A stretch of 38,952 nucleotides of DNA, taken from assembly GCA_943354455.1 (NCBI GenBank), contig CALRCB010000001.1, positions 1 through 38,952 of the forward strand. Reading direction: 5' to 3'. Within the stretch, counting starts at the first letter, position 1; each line of letters starts with the position of its first letter. The notes beneath the pieces were generated by a model. It ran no database searches, was not told where the DNA came from, and worked only from the letters and a program-made list of their open reading frames with translations. The translations under genes and the position numbers were made by a program. The DNA comes from Candidatus Staskawiczbacteria bacterium (lineage in GTDB: Bacteria > Patescibacteriota > Minisyncoccia > Minisyncoccales > Staskawiczbacteraceae). Positions 15,623 to 24,441 of this stretch are shown here, one piece after another.

Positions 15623-15639
15623 TATATGCAAAGCATATA
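15623..15639 (+). repeat. Palindrome tatatgcaaagcatata, partial leader copy overlapping the rplB start codon
   Basis: It is identical to the 17-mers at 21735-21751 and 26374-26390. Confidence 0.7.
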
Positions 15640-16469
15640 TGAAAATATATAAACCTACAACTCCATCAAGGCGCGGAATGACAGGAATTGATTTTTCTTT
15701 GCTTACAAAAAAGCGAGCTGAAAAAAGCCTGGTAAAATATGTTAGAAGAAGTAATGGAAGGTCAAAGGCTTCTGGCAGAATTACCGTGCGCCACAAGGGT
15801 GGAGGAGTGAAAAAATTATACCGGATTGTAGAATTTGCCCAAACTAAAATGGATATGCCTGCTACAGTAATTGCTTTAGAATACGACCCAAATAGAACCG
15901 GTTTCATTGCCTTGATAGAATATACTGATAAAACTAAGCAATACATTATTACCCCTCAAGGATTAAAAGTAGGAGATAGTGTTTTATTTGCAGAAACTGC
16001 TCCATTGACTCCAGGTAATCGAATGAAATTAAAGAATATCTCTGTAGGAACGCCGGTATATAATATTGAATTAGAGTCTGGAAGGGGGGGGATTTTGGCA
16101 AGATCGGCCGGAAATAGCGCACAAGTATTGGCCCAAGAACACGGATTTACTAACTTAAAAATGCCTTCAAGTGAAGTGCGAAAGGTAAAAGATGAATGTT
16201 TTGCCACGATTGGAATGGTTTCAAATCCAGAAAACAGATTTTATCGGGTTGGAAAAGCTGGTAAATCAAGATTAAAAGGAAGACGGCCACATGTTAGAGG
16301 ATCAGCGATGAATCCGGTGGACCATCCACACGGAGGAGGAGAAGGAAGGCAGCCAATTGGATTAAAACATCCAAAGACGCCATGGGGTCTGCCAGCACTG
16401 GGAGTGAAAACTCGATACCGAAAGAAATGGACAAATAAATATATAATTTCAAGAAGAAAGAAAAAATAA
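15639..16469 (+). CDS. rplB: 50S ribosomal protein L2
   Basis: RHKGGGVKKLYR and MNPVDHPHGGGEG are present. Confidence 0.97.
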   Translation: MKIYKPTTPSRRGMTGIDFSLLTKKRAEKSLVKYVRRSNGRSKASGRITVRHKGGGVKKLYRIVEFAQTKMDMPATVIALEYDPNRTGFIALIEYTDKTKQYIITPQGLKVGDSVLFAETAPLTPGNRMKLKNISVGTPVYNIELESGRGGILARSAGNSAQVLAQEHGFTNLKMPSSEVRKVKDECFATIGMVSNPENRFYRVGKAGKSRLKGRRPHVRGSAMNPVDHPHGGGEGRQPIGLKHPKTPWGLPALGVKTRYRKKWTNKYIISRRKKK

Positions 16470-16475
16470 AAAACT

Positions 16476-16817
16476 ATGTCAAGAAGCTTAAGAAAAGGAC
16501 CATTTGTTGACCCAAGATTACTCCAAAAAGTATTGAAAGTAAGAAAAGACGAAAAAGTAATCATTAAAACTTGGGCAAGACATTCTACTATTTCTCCGGA
16601 AATGGTTGGGTTTACATTTGGAGTACATAATGGAAAAGAATTTGTTCCGGTATTTGCTTCAGAAGATATGGTGGGACATAAATTGGGAGAATTTTCTGCT
16701 ACGACTAAATTTTCACGACATGGAGGAAAAATGCAAAAAGGATTAGAACAGCAAGCCGAAGCATCAGCATCAGCGAAAACCGCAGCTGAAGTTAAGGCCC
16801 CGGCTGGTAAAAAATAA
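16476..16817 (+). CDS. rpsS: 30S ribosomal protein S19 (short Ala/Glu-rich C-terminal extension)
   Basis: [11 protein letters not shown] and [13 protein letters not shown] are present. Confidence 0.95.
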   Translation: MSRSLRKGPFVDPRLLQKVLKVRKDEKVIIKTWARHSTISPEMVGFTFGVHNGKEFVPVFASEDMVGHKLGEFSATTKFSRHGGKMQKGLEQQAEASASAKTAAEVKAPAGKK

Positions 16818-16826
16818 TACATAACC

Positions 16827-17273
16827 ATGGAAGTCAAAGTATATTTAAGAAATTTAAGAACTGCCCCCCGAAAGTCAAAGGAAGTTATTGATTTAATCAG
16901 AAATAAAAATGTGGTTGAAGCACGTGCTCTTTTAGAATTTACCGTAAAGCGATCAGCTGACCCGGTGTTGCGATTGTTAAACAGCGCAGTTGCTTCTGCG
17001 GTAAATGATTTTCATTTAGAAGAATCAAATCTTAAAATTGCCAGATTATGGGTTGATGAAGGGCCGAAATTAAAACGATCCTTCCCAATGAGCCGAGGAC
17101 GAGCTTACCCAATTATGAAACGAACCAGTCATATTACCTTGGTAATTGATGAAATTAAACCAACTAAAGAAGTAAAAGAAGCAAAAACAACAGAAAATAA
17201 AGAAGTTGCCGAAGTAAAAAAAGAAGTTAAGAGGGAAGTAAAAAAAGTAGTTAAAAAGAAAACAACAAAATAA
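16827..17273 (+). CDS. rplV: 50S ribosomal protein L22 (Lys-rich C-terminal extension)
   Basis: RTAPRKSKEVIDLIR and SRGRAYPIMKRTSHITLV are present. Confidence 0.93.
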   Translation: MEVKVYLRNLRTAPRKSKEVIDLIRNKNVVEARALLEFTVKRSADPVLRLLNSAVASAVNDFHLEESNLKIARLWVDEGPKLKRSFPMSRGRAYPIMKRTSHITLVIDEIKPTKEVKEAKTTENKEVAEVKKEVKREVKKVVKKKTTK

Positions 17274-17282
17274 TACATAACT

Positions 17283-17987
17283 ATGGGACACAAAGTACAC
17301 CCAAAATCATTTAGGATAAAGGGCATTGAAGACTGGAACGTTCGCGGTTTTTATGGCGCAAAAATGCCTCAATACTTGGAAGAAGACTTTTTAATCAAAG
17401 ATTTTTTGAGAAAAATTTTGGTTGAAGCATCTGTTTCTAATATTTCTATTGAACACTCGGCCAATAAAATAAACATTATTATTGAATCGGCTCGTCCAGG
17501 TTTGATTATTGGAAGAGGTGGGGAAGGAGTAGAAACATTAAAGAAAATGATTGTAAAGAAAATGCATGATAAAGTGTTTTCTTCAACCAGAGTGGATAAG
17601 GTCGCTGATAAAACTGCTACTGAAAAATCTGAAACAAAACGGGAAATTAAAATTGATATTAAAGAAATTAAAAATCCTTGGGTATATTCTATGTTAGTTG
17701 CCCAATGGGCCGCTCAGCAATTAGAAAAGAGAATTCCATTTAGACAGGTATTGAAGCAGGGATTGGAAAAGGTAATGCAAAATAAGGAAATTAAGGGGGT
17801 AAGAATGGAAGTTTCAGGAAGATTGAACGGAGTAGAAATTGCTAGAAAAGAATGGTTGCGACAAGGAAGAATGCCAAGACAAACCATCAGAGCCGACATT
17901 GATTATTCTCAATATGAAGCCCACTGCACATACGGAGTCATTGGAATTAAAGTGTGGATTTATAAAGGAGAAAGATTTGATAAGTAA
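17283..17987 (+). CDS. rpsC: 30S ribosomal protein S3
   Basis: MGHKVHPKSFRIK, GLIIGRGGEGVE (KH domain) and GRLNGVEIAR are present. Confidence 0.96.
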   Translation: MGHKVHPKSFRIKGIEDWNVRGFYGAKMPQYLEEDFLIKDFLRKILVEASVSNISIEHSANKINIIIESARPGLIIGRGGEGVETLKKMIVKKMHDKVFSSTRVDKVADKTATEKSETKREIKIDIKEIKNPWVYSMLVAQWAAQQLEKRIPFRQVLKQGLEKVMQNKEIKGVRMEVSGRLNGVEIARKEWLRQGRMPRQTIRADIDYSQYEAHCTYGVIGIKVWIYKGERFDK

Positions 17988-18018
17988 AAATTGTTAAAAC
18001 AATAAATTAAGAATTATT

Positions 18019-18435
18019 ATGAGTTTATTAATGCCCAAAAAAGTAAAACACCGAAAATGGCACAAAGGAGTGACCAAGGGCGTGGAAACACGTGCTGCGC
18101 AGTTGAATTTCGGCAGTTATGGTTTAAAAGCCATGGGTACTAAATGGATTACTGCAAGGCAACTTGAATCAGCCCGAAGACACATTATTCGATATATGAA
18201 AAAAGGAGGAAAGCTTTGGGTGAGAATTTTTCCAGACAAACCAGTGACATCAAAGGGAGAAGAAGTACCATTGGGAGGAGGAAAGGGAGGAGTGCACCAC
18301 TATGTATATGCCATTCGTCCAGGAAGAATTATTTTTGAAATTGACGGATTAAAAGAAGAAGTGGCTAGGGAAGCATTTAAAGGAGCTAGCATCAAATTGC
18401 CAATTAAGACAAAATTTATTAAAAAAGACAATTAA
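18019..18435 (+). CDS. rplP: 50S ribosomal protein L16 (start 18019 or 18031)
   Basis: MPKKVKHRKWHKG and RIFPDKPVTSK are present. Confidence 0.95.
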   Translation: MSLLMPKKVKHRKWHKGVTKGVETRAAQLNFGSYGLKAMGTKWITARQLESARRHIIRYMKKGGKLWVRIFPDKPVTSKGEEVPLGGGKGGVHHYVYAIRPGRIIFEIDGLKEEVAREAFKGASIKLPIKTKFIKKDN

Positions 18436-18449
18436 GTATTAACGCGAAA

Positions 18450-18638
18450 ATGAAAAATAACGAATTACGGAAAAAAGATATTAAAGAATTGCAAAAATCA
18501 GTTTTGGAAAATACCAAAAAATTGAGTGATTTGAGATTCAAGCTTTCTTCCAACCAGCTAAAGAATGTAAAGGAAATGCATAATACCAAAAAAGAAATCG
18601 CCAGAATGTTAACTATTATTAAGGAATTATCTAAATAG
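18450..18638 (+). CDS. rpmC: 50S ribosomal protein L29
   Basis: The 62-aa product contains ELRKKDIKELQKSV...LRFKL, and the gene is in the expected position. Confidence 0.9.
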   Translation: MKNNELRKKDIKELQKSVLENTKKLSDLRFKLSSNQLKNVKEMHNTKKEIARMLTIIKELSK

Positions 18639-18639
18639 T

Positions 18640-18876
18640 ATGTCAAAAAAGAAATTACAAGGAATCGTCGTTTCCGATAAGATGCAAAAGACTGTGGTGG
18701 TTTTGGTTGAACGAATTAAAGAACATCCAAAATACAAAAGACGATATAAAATCCATAAAAAGTATAAGGCTCATGATGAAGCGAAGGAATATAAAGTGGG
18801 CGACAAGGTGGTAATAGAAGAGACTGCACCGATTTCAAAAGATAAGCATTTTAAAGTAATCGGAAAAGTAAAATAA
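18640..18876 (+). CDS. rpsQ: 30S ribosomal protein S17
   Basis: LQGIVVSDKMQKTVVV...HPKYKRRYK..YKAHDE is present. Confidence 0.93.
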   Translation: MSKKKLQGIVVSDKMQKTVVVLVERIKEHPKYKRRYKIHKKYKAHDEAKEYKVGDKVVIEETAPISKDKHFKVIGKVK

Positions 18877-18877
18877 T

Positions 18878-19246
18878 ATGATACAGCCAAGATCAATGTT
18901 AAAAGTTGCAGATAATTCCGGAGCAAAAATACTTCAATGTATTAATGTGCCGGGAGGAACCAGAAAAAGATACGCTCAATTGGGAGATGTGATTGTGGGA
19001 ACGGTTAAAAAAGCCGAACCGCGAAAATTGGTTAAAAAACACGAAGTAGTCAAAGCTGTGATTATTCGACAAAGAAAGGAATTTAAACGACAAGATGGCA
19101 GCTATATAAGGTTTGATGACAATGCGGTGGTGATTTTAGCAGAAGGCAAATTACCAAAAGGAGGAAGAGTATTTGGCCCAACTGCAAAAGAATTGAAAGA
19201 TAAGGGTTTTGATAAAATTGCTATGATGGCAACAGAACTTTTATAG
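18878..19246 (+). CDS. rplN: 50S ribosomal protein L14
   Basis: MIQPRSMLKVADNSGAK ... IRFDDNAVV is present. Confidence 0.97.
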   Translation: MIQPRSMLKVADNSGAKILQCINVPGGTRKRYAQLGDVIVGTVKKAEPRKLVKKHEVVKAVIIRQRKEFKRQDGSYIRFDDNAVVILAEGKLPKGGRVFGPTAKELKDKGFDKIAMMATELL

Positions 19247-19271
19247 AATTTGTTAACGTAATTATAAAAAA

Positions 19272-19577
19272 ATGAAATTAAAAAAAGGCGATACAGTGTT
19301 AATAATCTCCGGTAAAGACAAGGGCAGAACTGCTAAGATTTTGAAGTCCTTGGTAAAGGAAAAGAAAATTTTGGTTGAAGGAATTAATTTGAAAAAGAAA
19401 CACGTAAAACCAAAGAAAGAAGGAGAAAAGGGACAAGTTATTTCAGTATCAATGCCATTGGATATTTCTAACACTAAATTCCTTTGCCCAAAATGTCAGA
19501 AAGCCACCAGAATTGGATATAAAATTGAAGGAGATAAAAAATTCCGAATTTGCAAAAAGTGTAAATCAGAAATTTAA
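19272..19577 (+). CDS. rplX: 50S ribosomal protein L24 (with a Cys4 zinc-ribbon-like C-terminus)
   Basis: LKKGDTVLIISGKDKG is the KOW motif. CPKC...CKKC is also present. Confidence 0.93.
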   Translation: MKLKKGDTVLIISGKDKGRTAKILKSLVKEKKILVEGINLKKKHVKPKKEGEKGQVISVSMPLDISNTKFLCPKCQKATRIGYKIEGDKKFRICKKCKSEI

Positions 19578-19586
19578 TTTACGAAT

Positions 19587-20165
19587 ATGGAAAAATTACA
19601 GCAAAAATATAATAAAGAAATAATTCCAGCTATGATGACCAAATTCGGATACAAAAATCCGATGGCGGTTCCAAAGATTACCAAGGTTACCCTTAACACT
19701 TCTTTTGGTAAGCAAGTGGTAAGCAAAACTTCCGGTGAACGAGAAAAAATACAAAAGTTTGTATTGCAGGATATGGCTTTAATTGCCGGACAAGGACCGC
19801 GATTGGTTAAATCACGAAAATCTATTGCCGGGTTTAGTTTGCGAGAAGGACTGGAAATTGCCGCAATGGTAACATTGCGAAAAGGCAGAATGTGGGACTT
19901 TTTGGAAAGATTTATTTATTTGTCACTGCCACGGTCACGAGACTTCCAAGGGTTAAATCCAAAATCAATTGATCAAGGGGGTAATATGAATATTGGTTTT
20001 CGAGAACATATTTCATTCCCGGAAATATTCGTTGAAAAAGAAAAGACTATTTTCGGATTGGAAGTCACCATATCTACGAATGCAAAAAGCCGGGAAGAGG
20101 GAGAAGCATTATTCAGATTACTTGGATTACCGTTAAAAGAAGATAAAAAAGTAGAAAAAAAATAA
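19587..20165 (+). CDS. rplE: 50S ribosomal protein L5
   Basis: NPMAVPKITKVTLN and GNMNIGFREHISFPE are present. Confidence 0.96.
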   Translation: MEKLQQKYNKEIIPAMMTKFGYKNPMAVPKITKVTLNTSFGKQVVSKTSGEREKIQKFVLQDMALIAGQGPRLVKSRKSIAGFSLREGLEIAAMVTLRKGRMWDFLERFIYLSLPRSRDFQGLNPKSIDQGGNMNIGFREHISFPEIFVEKEKTIFGLEVTISTNAKSREEGEALFRLLGLPLKEDKKVEKK

Positions 20166-20174
20166 TTATTATAT

Positions 20175-20360
20175 ATGGCAAAAACATCACAAGAAGCAAA
20201 GGCAAAAATGAAACCAAAGTTCTCTTCGCGCCTGCAAAGACGCTGTTTTAAATGCGGACGAAGACACGGTTTTATGAGAAAGTTCGGTCTTTGCAGAATA
20301 TGTTTTAGGGAATTGGCCAACAAAGGCGAAATACCAGGAGTAACAAAATCAAGCTGGTAA
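20175..20360 (+). CDS. rpsN: 30S ribosomal protein S14, type Z (zinc-binding)
   Basis: The 61-aa product contains [20 protein letters not shown] (CxxC-x12-CxxC). Confidence 0.95.
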   Translation: MAKTSQEAKAKMKPKFSSRLQRRCFKCGRRHGFMRKFGLCRICFRELANKGEIPGVTKSSW

Positions 20361-20401
20361 ATAATAAAAAGTAAAAACAATAAGTTAATTTTTAAACTTT
20401 C

Positions 20402-20791
20402 ATGACAGATCCAATCACGGACATGTTAAACCAAGTACGAAATGCCCAAGCGGTTGCAAAACCGGAGGTTTTGATTCCTTTTTCAAAATTGAAAAACCAA
20501 ATTGGAATGCTTTTGGCGCAAGAAGGTTTTGTGGTGGATGTCAAAAAAATTGCCAAAGATAAAACCAAGATAATGAAAGTGGTATTGAAATATGATAATG
20601 GAATACCGGCTATTGAAGGATCAAAGAGAGTTTCAAAACCAGGACAAAGAATTTACGCCAAATACACTGAAATCAAGAAAGTACGCGGAGGATTTGGAAT
20701 TTCCATTATTTCAACATCAAAAGGACTAATGACCAACAACCAGGCACGAAAGGCAAAGTTGGGAGGAGAGGTGATGCTTGAAGTTTGGTAA
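20402..20791 (+). CDS. rpsH: 30S ribosomal protein S8
   Basis: TDPITDMLNQVRNA and GGEVMLEVW are present. Confidence 0.96.
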   Translation: MTDPITDMLNQVRNAQAVAKPEVLIPFSKLKNQIGMLLAQEGFVVDVKKIAKDKTKIMKVVLKYDNGIPAIEGSKRVSKPGQRIYAKYTEIKKVRGGFGISIISTSKGLMTNNQARKAKLGGEVMLEVW

Positions 20792-20831
20792 AAAATATAC
20801 TAGAATAAAGGGACTTAAATTAGTCAATATT

Positions 20832-21380
20832 ATGTCAAGAATAGGTAAAAAATTAATAGAAATCCCAGCTACCGTAAAAGCGGAAATTAACGGCCAAGAT
20901 ATGAAAGTGACTGGGCCTAAGGGAGAATTAAATATCAAGATACATCCTGCTATAAAAGCAGAAATAAAGGATGGCAAGATTTTGGTATTGCCCGCCAGAA
21001 CTCTTATTAAAAGTGCCAGAGGATTATGGGGATTGTACCGAGCCTTAATTGCGAATATGATTGAGGGTGTGGACAAGGGCTTTGAAAAGAAATTGGAAAT
21101 TGAAGGGGTTGGATTTAAAGCTTCCGTTGTGGGAGATGAATTAGTAATGAACTTGGGCTTTGTAAATCCGGTTAGAATTAAGAAACCGGAAGGTATTACC
21201 TTTTTGGTAGAAAAAAACTTAATTACTGTTTCTGGAATTTCAAAAGAATTGGTAGGACAAATTTCAGCTGAAATCCGAGAAACCAAAAAAGCAGAACCCT
21301 ATAAAGGAAAAGGAATTAAATATCAAGGCGAGAAGATTAGACGAAAAGAAGGTAAAAAAGTAGTAGCAACAAAGAAATAA
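20832..21380 (+). CDS. rplF: 50S ribosomal protein L6
   Basis: MSRIGKKLIEIP ... EPYKGKGIKY is present. The start is set at the ATG at 20832, not the 20778 start of the track ORF. Confidence 0.95.
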   Translation: MSRIGKKLIEIPATVKAEINGQDMKVTGPKGELNIKIHPAIKAEIKDGKILVLPARTLIKSARGLWGLYRALIANMIEGVDKGFEKKLEIEGVGFKASVVGDELVMNLGFVNPVRIKKPEGITFLVEKNLITVSGISKELVGQISAEIRETKKAEPYKGKGIKYQGEKIRRKEGKKVVATKK

Positions 21381-21381
21381 T

Positions 21382-21726
21382 ATGTTAAGAAAACAGTTAA
21401 AAAGAAAAAAAATCCACAAAAAAATACGGTCAGTGATGTCTGGAACCAAAGATCGTCCACGATTGTCGGTTTTCAGATCCACTCAACACATTTATGCTCA
21501 ATTAATTGACGATGATAGTGCTAAGGTATTAGCTCAGGCTTCAGACGTGAAAATGAAAACAAAGGGAACTAAAGTAAGCAAGTCGCTGGAAATAGGAAAG
21601 TTAATTGCTAAAGAAGCATTGGCCAAGAAAATTGAAGCAGTAGTATTTGACCGCGGAGGCAACGTGTACAGCGGAAGAATTAAAGCTGTGGCCGATGGAG
21701 CCCGCGAAGGGGGACTTAAATTTTAA
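21382..21726 (+). CDS. rplR: 50S ribosomal protein L18
   Basis: RPRLSVFRSTQHIYAQLIDD and FDRGGNVYSGRIKAVADGAREGGLKF are present. Confidence 0.96.
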   Translation: MLRKQLKRKKIHKKIRSVMSGTKDRPRLSVFRSTQHIYAQLIDDDSAKVLAQASDVKMKTKGTKVSKSLEIGKLIAKEALAKKIEAVVFDRGGNVYSGRIKAVADGAREGGLKF

Positions 21727-21734
21727 TTAAAATT

Positions 21735-21810
21735 TATATGCAAAGCATATAAATAATCATTTGGTCGATATGAAAAAATAAATTCTTTCATATCTTCCTC
21801 ATTCATATTT
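21735..21810 (+). repeat. Conserved leader motif, copy B, upstream of rpsE
   Basis: The first 24 nt (tatatgcaaagcatataaataatc) are identical to 26374-26397. They are followed by ggtcg, a 9-bp hairpin (21767-21775 / 21786-21794) with aataaatt in the loop, and ttcctc...tcatatttATG. Confidence 0.7.
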
Positions 21811-22356
21811 ATGGCAGACGAAGTAAAACAACCTACATCTAATAAACCAGCCAACAATCTGCCTGTGCAGACAGGTGGCTTTCGGCCCATAAAGAAAGGC
21901 TACGGTAGAAGGAATGAAGTGAGCGATGGAATTGATTCTAAGTTATTGGATTTGGCTCGGGTTACCAGAGTTACCGGCGGAGGAAAAAGAATGAGCTTTA
22001 GAGCCGTAGTGGTTGCCGGGGATAAGAAAAGTAAAATTGGAATTGGAATTGATAAGGGAAAAGATGTTTCACAAGCCATTGAAAAAGCGACTGCCAGAGC
22101 TAAAAGAGATATGATTAGCGTGGTTATTGTAAATGGAACTATTCCTCATCAAGTTGAGGCAAAGGTAGGACCTGCAGTAATTTTATTGAAACCACAGAAA
22201 AAGGGCAGAGGATTGGTTGCTGGAGGAGCCGTGAGAACTATTTGCGATTTGGCTGGGATTCAGGATGTTTCTTCAAAAATTCTCTCAGGATCAAAAAACA
22301 AATTAAACAATGCGCGAGCAACCATGGAGGCGTTAAGAAAACTTAAAGTACGGTAA
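21811..22356 (+). CDS. rpsE: 30S ribosomal protein S5
   Basis: RVTRVTGGGKRMSFRAVVVAGD and GRGLVAGGAVR are present. Confidence 0.96.
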   Translation: MADEVKQPTSNKPANNLPVQTGGFRPIKKGYGRRNEVSDGIDSKLLDLARVTRVTGGGKRMSFRAVVVAGDKKSKIGIGIDKGKDVSQAIEKATARAKRDMISVVIVNGTIPHQVEAKVGPAVILLKPQKKGRGLVAGGAVRTICDLAGIQDVSSKILSGSKNKLNNARATMEALRKLKVR

Positions 22357-22367
22357 ACCATATTTTT

Positions 22368-22799
22368 ATGCAAATACATCAATTAAAACCAAAACATAAA
22401 TCAAAAGACCGGATGATTGTCGGTCGAGGTGGAAAGAAAGGAACTTATTCTGGAAAGGGAGGCAAGGGTCAGTCAGCAAGGTCTGGAAGAAAGATGGTGC
22501 CGATTATTCGGGAATTAATCAAGCGATATCCAAAATTAAAAGGATATAGGAGTTTTGTATTTGAAAATACTACTGCGGTGGTTAATTTAAATGCGTTAGA
22601 TAAACATTTTAAAGATGGTGAAATAGTAAGCCCAGCTAATTTAGTTAAGAAAGGAATTATCAGAATGTTAAAGGGCAAAATTCCGGCAGTTAAGATCTTG
22701 GGTAACGGAAAAATATCTAAAAAAGTTATTGTTGAAAATTGTACTACTTCAAAAACAGCAAAAGGGGCAATTATTAAGGCTGGAGGAACCGCTAAATAA
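22368..22799 (+). CDS. rplO: 50S ribosomal protein L15
   Basis: GRGGKKGTYSGKGGKGQSARSG is present. The gene follows rpsE directly, with only an 11-nt gap and no L30 gene. Confidence 0.93.
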   Translation: MQIHQLKPKHKSKDRMIVGRGGKKGTYSGKGGKGQSARSGRKMVPIIRELIKRYPKLKGYRSFVFENTTAVVNLNALDKHFKDGEIVSPANLVKKGIIRMLKGKIPAVKILGNGKISKKVIVENCTTSKTAKGAIIKAGGTAK

Positions 22800-22820
22800 T
22801 TAAACGTTATATATTATTAT

Positions 22821-24098
22821 ATGTGGTACGAAAAAATATTGTTTTTGTTTAAAAATAAAGACATTAGAAAAAAGTTTATTTTTGTAATATTTTTGTTTGT
22901 TGTTTTCAGAATTGCAGCTAATGTTCCAATACCAGGAATTGGGCTGGAAAATTTACGTAAATTTTTTGACCAAAACCAAGTGTTCGGTCTTTTAAATATA
23001 TTTTCTGGAGGAGCCCTAAGTAATTTTTCTATTGTGCTTATGGGTGTCGGCCCCTATATTACGGCCACTATTATTTTACAACTTTTAACCATGATTTTCC
23101 CGGCTTTGGAAAGAATGTACAAAGAAGAGGGGGAAGCTGGCAGACATAAATTCAACCAATATGGCAGGTTGTTGACTATTCCATTGGCCGGTTTTGAAGG
23201 TTTTGGTATGCTTACATTATTTGAACGGCAGGGCGTGATTACCGGATTGACTCCAGCTATAATGCTAAGTGCAATTATTACCATTATGGCCGGAGCAATG
23301 TTTTTGATGTGGTTGGGAGAACTTATTAGTGAACAAGGTATTGGAAATGGCATATCATTGTTAATTTTTGCGGGTATTATTGCCAGCTTGCCAATTAATA
23401 TTTTTCAAACATTTGCAACATGGGACCCATCGCAAATTCCTTCATATATTTTATTTTTTGTATTATCGGTTGTCATTATTGCCGGTGTGGTGTTAATTAC
23501 CGAGGCCCGAAGAAATATTCCTGTATCGTATGCCAAGCGCGTGCGGGGCAATAAAGTATATGGTGGTCAATCAACATACTTGCCATTGAATGTTAACCCT
23601 GCCGGAGTGATTCCAATTATATTTGCCCTTTCTATGTTGTTATTTCCGGGAATGATCGCCGGATTTTTAACTGGAGCACCAGGATTTGTGGGGGTTGCTG
23701 CCACTAATGTTTCCGCGTTCTTCAATAACCCTTGGGTATATGGGGTATTGTATTTTATTCTGGTTATTGCGTTTACCTATTTTTATACCGCCGTTACATT
23801 TGATCCAAAAAAGATAGCTGAAAACTTGCAAAAAATGGGAGGATTTATTCCAGGGGTCAGGCCGGGAGAATCAACAACAAAATTTTTAAAACATATTTTA
23901 AATCGGGTGCTATTTTTGGGAGCTACTTCCCTGGGTTTAATTGCCGTATTGCCAAATATGGTAGCAGGAGCCACTGGAATTACTGGTTTTACTTTCTTAA
24001 TTGGAGGTACATCATTGTTAATTATCGTAAGCGTAGTTTTGGATACCTTGCGACAAATTAACGCCCAGTTGCAGATGAGAGAGTACGACACGTTTTAA
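22821..24098 (+). CDS. secY: Preprotein translocase subunit SecY
   Basis: The 425-aa product has a 10-TM profile with GIGPYITATIILQLL-like, GELISEQGIGNGISLLIF and PLNVNPAGVIPIIFA motifs. Confidence 0.97.
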   Translation: MWYEKILFLFKNKDIRKKFIFVIFLFVVFRIAANVPIPGIGLENLRKFFDQNQVFGLLNIFSGGALSNFSIVLMGVGPYITATIILQLLTMIFPALERMYKEEGEAGRHKFNQYGRLLTIPLAGFEGFGMLTLFERQGVITGLTPAIMLSAIITIMAGAMFLMWLGELISEQGIGNGISLLIFAGIIASLPINIFQTFATWDPSQIPSYILFFVLSVVIIAGVVLITEARRNIPVSYAKRVRGNKVYGGQSTYLPLNVNPAGVIPIIFALSMLLFPGMIAGFLTGAPGFVGVAATNVSAFFNNPWVYGVLYFILVIAFTYFYTAVTFDPKKIAENLQKMGGFIPGVRPGESTTKFLKHILNRVLFLGATSLGLIAVLPNMVAGATGITGFTFLIGGTSLLIIVSVVLDTLRQINAQLQMREYDTF

Positions 24099-24122
24099 TT
24101 TTACATTTTTGAATAAAAAAAT

Positions 24123-24155
24123 AAGCCTCGACTTGTGTCGGGGCTTTTGGTTTTG
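24123..24155. terminator. Terminator hairpin after secY (also faces the convergent small ORF)
   Basis: The arms aagcctcgac and gtcggggctt flank the loop ttgt, with one G-U pair. An A-run lies upstream and a T-rich tract downstream. Confidence 0.65.
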
Positions 24156-24183
24156 CCCATTAGGCTTACCCCGTATAAATTTT

Positions 24184-24336
24184 TTAGGGTAACATGGGCA
24201 CAACCCTGTAAACTACTCCTTTTGCCGTTTTCTCCAGTTCAGTTTTTTTTCTGAATAACTTGGCTTGGTCTTCTGAGACCTCAAGAGTGATCCAACACTC
24301 GCCGAAGTCATCAATAACCTGTAAGCAGTATTTCAT
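24184..24336 (-). CDS. Hypothetical 50-aa protein, absent from the ORF track
   Basis: My own translation is MKYCLQVIDDFGECWITLEVSEDQAKLFRKKTELEKTAKGVVYRVVPMLP*. A GGAGA lies 7 nt upstream. It occupies an otherwise empty 340-nt gap between secY and adk. Confidence 0.35.
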   Translation of the reverse strand: MKYCLQVIDDFGECWITLEVSEDQAKLFRKKTELEKTAKGVVYRVVPMLP

Positions 24337-24441
24337 GGCATTTTCTCCGGGGGAAGGGGAACTAAAATAACGGTAATCTATTTTCCAATAATTGTCAATA
24401 TTTAATTAATCAAAAAATATGTTATTATAAAAGAAAAAAAT

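Noticed and set aside
16241-16837. Long antisense ORFs within conserved genes (16241-16837, 20726-21286, 26353-26841, 36119-36631 and similar)
   Set aside because: Each lies opposite a confidently identified conserved gene (rplB/rpsS, rplF, tpiA, ppsA). They are low-complexity and have no motifs.
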